A DNA stretch of 11,388 nucleotides from Promethearchaeota archaeon (GTDB lineage: Archaea > Asgardarchaeota > Hermodarchaeia > Hermodarchaeales > Hermodarchaeaceae): positions 1-11,388 of the forward strand of contig JBHLMG010000038.1 in the NCBI GenBank assembly GCA_048938385.1, in the 5' to 3' direction. The translations under genes and the position numbers were made by a program. This document shows, piece after piece, positions 8,859 through 11,388 of the stretch (positions are counted from its first letter, which is position 1; every line of letters begins with the position of its first letter). The notes beneath the pieces were generated by a model. It was given only the letters and a program-made list of their open reading frames with translations. It had not been told where the DNA came from and did not search any database.

Positions 8859-10664
8859 TTACGATGTGCAAATCTGGAGGCAGTGTTGTGGACAACGATG
8901 GACGCAAGCATTACAATTGATACACCTTTGGGAGTGGGCTGGGTTAGCTTTGTGTCTCGCAGTATCTAACTGGAAGATATTCATCGGACAGACTTGTACA
9001 CAGACTCCACATCCATTACACTGTTCGGCATCCTGAGCAATTTGTCCATAGGGTTGAAGGGGATACCTCCCCGTAAAGAATGGCATTTGTGAATGCCCTC
9101 GCTTGTACAGCAACTGACCCAAATCGCTGGGTAAGATTGGCGTCATTCCATTCAAGTCCACACCCAAGATTATCACTACACTAATCGTGACTAGCAGTTC
9201 CCACAGCAACCCCAACAAGCTCCCCGTTGTATAAAGCGCAACGAGTAGGACTCCGCTGATGGCGCAAATCCCATATACCAGCGTTTTGACGAAACCTGAT
9301 CTGCTGGGGAGGTAGGGTATAAGAAGATAAGCACCATAAGTGAGCAGCCAAATGATTCCCAGGGTTAGGAGAAGCCTCGTGGGCGCAAAAATCAGGCTGA
9401 GCGGGACCGCACAGAGCGAAATCATAATAGCATAGAGGCTTGCCATTTCTAAGCGCCGCGACACCGGAAACCGTACGGTTCGCATGCACTCGGTTTTCTT
9501 CGCTTCGTTCTTCAAATAGGCTGGGATGTCCGCGGCATACACGGGACCAAACTGGGCTGTCCATCCCGTCTCCTGCTTAATCACATCGGGATCAACGCCT
9601 GGTGCCGCAAGTTGCGGAAGAATCAGACCCCGGTGTCGTACCAAATTATTGATACCACTCAGCTTTATCGCCGCGATAACAGAGTGTGCCGTAAAATCAC
9701 CCCCACACGCTGCACACCACACATTGATGCCCCGCGTTGGAGCCACCAACACATAACAATCAATCTTCGCTTGTTGGAGAGTTTTCAGAACCCGGCGAAT
9801 GGTCAGATCGTAATTGCATGTGACTAGCACGGGGCTTTGAGGCGAGGGCTGACCCACAGGGAGAAGTCCGGGCGAAGTAGCAACTGCCACCCAGCGAAAA
9901 ATCGTTTCCGCCACATACTTGAGTCGTGATCCCACCTGGACTGTCGGATACGAAGACTGTGATTCTGGGGGTAGTTGCTCTTGGTGGGGTTTCGTTACAA
10001 TCAGTAATAACAACGAGTCTAGTAGATATCGCTTCTGAACCAGGAACTGAAACCCGAACTTTCTGAGCTTTTCTTCAAGATTTTTCACGCGATGGGTGGT
10101 GGTCTGACTCAGGATAAAAGTGAACACCGTAAGAGGTACGCGTAAAACATAATAGGGAAGCATTTTTCGTATCGAACGGGGACGGACTTCATCCACGATG
10201 ATCAGGCGTCCATCCGGGCGAAGCAGACGCCTTGCTTCACGAAGCAGGTAGGCCTGTTCCACATCAGACAATTCGCTCAACACTAAGGTGGCAGTCACCA
10301 CATCAAAGGAGGCATCAGGAAACTGATCCGTCTCCGTCAAATCCATCTCCCGAAACTGCACCCTATCATCCAACTTCTCCTGCACTGCTTTGGCTTGAGC
10401 TAACGCAATCATAGCAGGTGACACATCAATTCCAATCACCTGCGCCCCTTTCCGCGCACAAAGCCGCGCCAATGTACCAGTCCCACTTCCAATATCAAGA
10501 ACATGGTCAGATGACCCAACGATTTTATCAGCTATCCACTGTTTAAGAATTGCATCAACACCCAATGTGAGAACCTTAAGGCCCTGATCATACCGCCACG
10601 GCGCTGACTCCAGCAACTTCATGAGCACAGCAGTTGACGCAACTAACGCCTCCTGGTCATCCAC
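8859..10664 (-). CDS. Fusion of a class I SAM methyltransferase, an HgcA/CdhD-like corrinoid-binding domain, TM helices and a 2x[4Fe-4S] HgcB-like ferredoxin (HgcAB-like fusion)
   Basis: MTase: VLDIGSGTGT, GIDVSPAMI, FDVVTATLVLSEL, LLRPDGRLIIVDE. HgcA-like: SPVLVTCNYDLT, TRGINVWCAACGG (cap helix), LILPQLAAPGV, FGPVYAADIPAYL, MRTVRFP. About 4 TM helices. Ferredoxin: CNGCGVCVQVCP and CINCNACVHRCP. Start codon uncertain. Confidence 0.9.
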   Translation of the reverse strand: MDDQEALVASTAVLMKLLESAPWRYDQGLKVLTLGVDAILKQWIADKIVGSSDHVLDIGSGTGTLARLCARKGAQVIGIDVSPAMIALAQAKAVQEKLDDRVQFREMDLTETDQFPDASFDVVTATLVLSELSDVEQAYLLREARRLLRPDGRLIIVDEVRPRSIRKMLPYYVLRVPLTVFTFILSQTTTHRVKNLEEKLRKFGFQFLVQKRYLLDSLLLLIVTKPHQEQLPPESQSSYPTVQVGSRLKYVAETIFRWVAVATSPGLLPVGQPSPQSPVLVTCNYDLTIRRVLKTLQQAKIDCYVLVAPTRGINVWCAACGGDFTAHSVIAAIKLSGINNLVRHRGLILPQLAAPGVDPDVIKQETGWTAQFGPVYAADIPAYLKNEAKKTECMRTVRFPVSRRLEMASLYAIMISLCAVPLSLIFAPTRLLLTLGIIWLLTYGAYLLIPYLPSRSGFVKTLVYGICAISGVLLVALYTTGSLLGLLWELLVTISVVIILGVDLNGMTPILPSDLGQLLYKRGHSQMPFFTGRYPLQPYGQIAQDAEQCNGCGVCVQVCPMNIFQLDTARHKANPAHSQRCINCNACVHRCPQHCLQICTS

Positions 10665-10699
10665 TCCAACATTAGGCTTCCTAATAGAAAAAAGCTAGC

Positions 10700-10860
10700 A
10701 AAAGCAAAGTGGTCGTCCACCCCACCACGGTAATTAACCTGCCAGGAATAATGCACCCGGACTCCTTACCGCACATACCGTCCAAAGCGACCCCGAAGGG
10801 CCGCTTCAGAAGCAATGAATTCCTAGGAGGTGATCCTGTAGTCGTGGGTTTGTTTAGAAG
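10700..10860 (-). ncRNA. Candidate structured non-coding RNA or long 5' leader (unknown family)
   Basis: On the minus strand: TTATATA box at 10889-10883; GGATCACCTCCT at 10836-10825; 9-bp stem AAGCGGCCC-TTCG-GGGTCGCTT at 10806-10785, whose C(UUCG)G loop and G-U pair only work on this strand; possible further stems (GGAC..GTCC or CCGGG..CCTGG); terminal hairpin GGGTGG-ACGA-CCACTT followed by T-rich sequence. Boundaries are estimates. Confidence 0.5.
10706..10748 (+). repeat. Intergenic direct repeat copy 8 (intact core; 3' end of the candidate minus-strand RNA)
   Basis: AAAGTGGTCGTCCACCCcACCACGGtAATTaACCTGCCAGGAA; core GTCCAC at 10715-10720. Confidence 0.9.
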
Positions 10861-10876
10861 AGTTAAGTCACAAGTC

Positions 10877-10889
10877 ACGGAGTATATAA
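10877..10889. promoter_or_regulatory. TATA element, possibly bidirectional (LLM gene on +, candidate RNA and HgcAB-like gene on -)
   Basis: ACGGAGTATATAA reads TATATAA on + (about 45 nt before ATG 10932) and TTATATAC on -. Confidence 0.5.
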
Positions 10890-10931
10890 CCGCATACCTC
10901 TAATCAATCAACGACGATGGAAGGTGATAAG

Positions 10932-11388
10932 ATGCCTCTCAGCTTCGGAATTCAAATTGGGAATTACTTCGGTTTTGATTATGATACGATAAAGGAAATC
11001 GCACTGACGGCAGAAAAAATTGGCTATGACGCGTTGTGGATTAGCGACCACTTCTTCATTGATAAGAACCCCGCAACGACATCGTGTCTAGAAGCGTGGA
11101 CTGTTCTCTCCGCCTTGGCATCCATCACCAAGACACTTCGGTTGGGCACCTTGGTGACCTGTAACGGATTTCGATATCCCACGGTCTTGGCTAAAATCGC
11201 TGCAACCGTTGATGTGATTTCGAATGGTCGATTGGAGTTTGGCATTGGTGCGGGCTGGAAAAAGAATGAACACGTTAACTACGGGATTCCTTTCCCAAGT
11301 CTCAAAGAGCGAATGGATCGATTGGAAGAATCCGTACAGATAATCAAGAAGCTGTGGACTGAGCCAAGTGTCAGTTTTGATGGAGTAT
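10932..11388 (+). CDS. LLM-class (probably F420-dependent) oxidoreductase; runs off the right edge
   Basis: Absent from the ORF track because it has no stop in the window. ATG 10932 follows AAGGTGAT and translates as MPLSFGIQIG..AEKIGYDALWISDHF..LEAWTVLSALASITKTLRLGTLVTCNGFRYPTVLAKIAATVDVISNGRLEFGIGAGW..ERMDRLEESVQIIKKLWTE. Confidence 0.93.
   Translation, partial: MPLSFGIQIGNYFGFDYDTIKEIALTAEKIGYDALWISDHFFIDKNPATTSCLEAWTVLSALASITKTLRLGTLVTCNGFRYPTVLAKIAATVDVISNGRLEFGIGAGWKKNEHVNYGIPFPSLKERMDRLEESVQIIKKLWTEPSVSFDGV

Noticed and set aside
8859-10664. Calling the gene a bona fide hgcA/hgcB mercury methylase
   Set aside because: The cap helix deviates (CAACGG versus CAAGK), the protein is fused and there is no vicinal CC tail. 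Activity cannot be inferred.
2553-10748. CRISPR array interpretation of the repeats
   Set aside because: Spacing is 0.5-2 kb and gene-sized, the repeats are degenerate, and no cas genes are present.
2553-10748. Repeats as simple terminators or as classical attC sites
   Set aside because: Orientation is fixed regardless of gene direction, and the minus-strand hairpin+T form lies just upstream of four minus-strand genes. The copies are too short for attC and lack proper RYYYAAC/GTTRRRY boxes. Neither reading is fully excluded without a covariance-model search.
10709-10785. tRNA, because the minus strand reads ...GACGACCA
   Set aside because: No complementary 5' acceptor strand, no TTCRA T-loop and no cloverleaf.
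10740-10860. 16S rRNA fragment, SRP RNA, RNase P RNA or cobalamin riboswitch
   Set aside because: Only 12 nt match 16S, with no helix 44/45 sequence. No SRP helix-8 motif, RNase P GAGGAAAGTCC or B12-box was recognisable by eye.
10681-11273. Track ORFs 10681-10878 (-), 10709-10903 (+), 11024-11245 (-) and 11088-11273 (-)
   Set aside because: The first two span the repeat and the hairpins and have no RBS at their listed starts or protein motif. The last two are antisense to the LLM gene.

Overview
Probably archaeal (Asgard-like) DNA. This is inferred from GGAGGTG(A) ribosome-binding sites, TTATATA boxes, TTG/GTG starts, glycosylation-sequon-rich proteins with C-terminal anchors and an F420-type LLM oxidoreductase. 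Nine unrelated genes lie in mixed orientation: (1) a 3'-truncated APH-kinase/M23-like/class-III aminotransferase fusion, (2) a SAM methyltransferase, (3) an anchored surface protein, (4) an M14 carboxypeptidase, (5) a small 2-TM protein, (6) a hypothetical protein, (7) a secreted beta-helix protein, (8) a SAM-methyltransferase + HgcA-like corrinoid + TM + HgcB-like ferredoxin fusion, and (9) a 3'-truncated LLM oxidoreductase. The most striking unexplained structure is that each of the 8 intergenic spaces holds one copy of a 20-45 bp direct repeat (consensus AAAAAGTGGTCGTCCACCCyAaC..GG.AATT.ACC). All copies share one orientation, and the core tends to decay leftward from an intact copy at ~10709. 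That copy ends a candidate structured minus-strand RNA with a TATA box, a 12-nt match to the 16S anti-SD tail and a C(UUCG)G hairpin. The layout resembles an integron-like single-gene cassette array, with no recombinase in the window.
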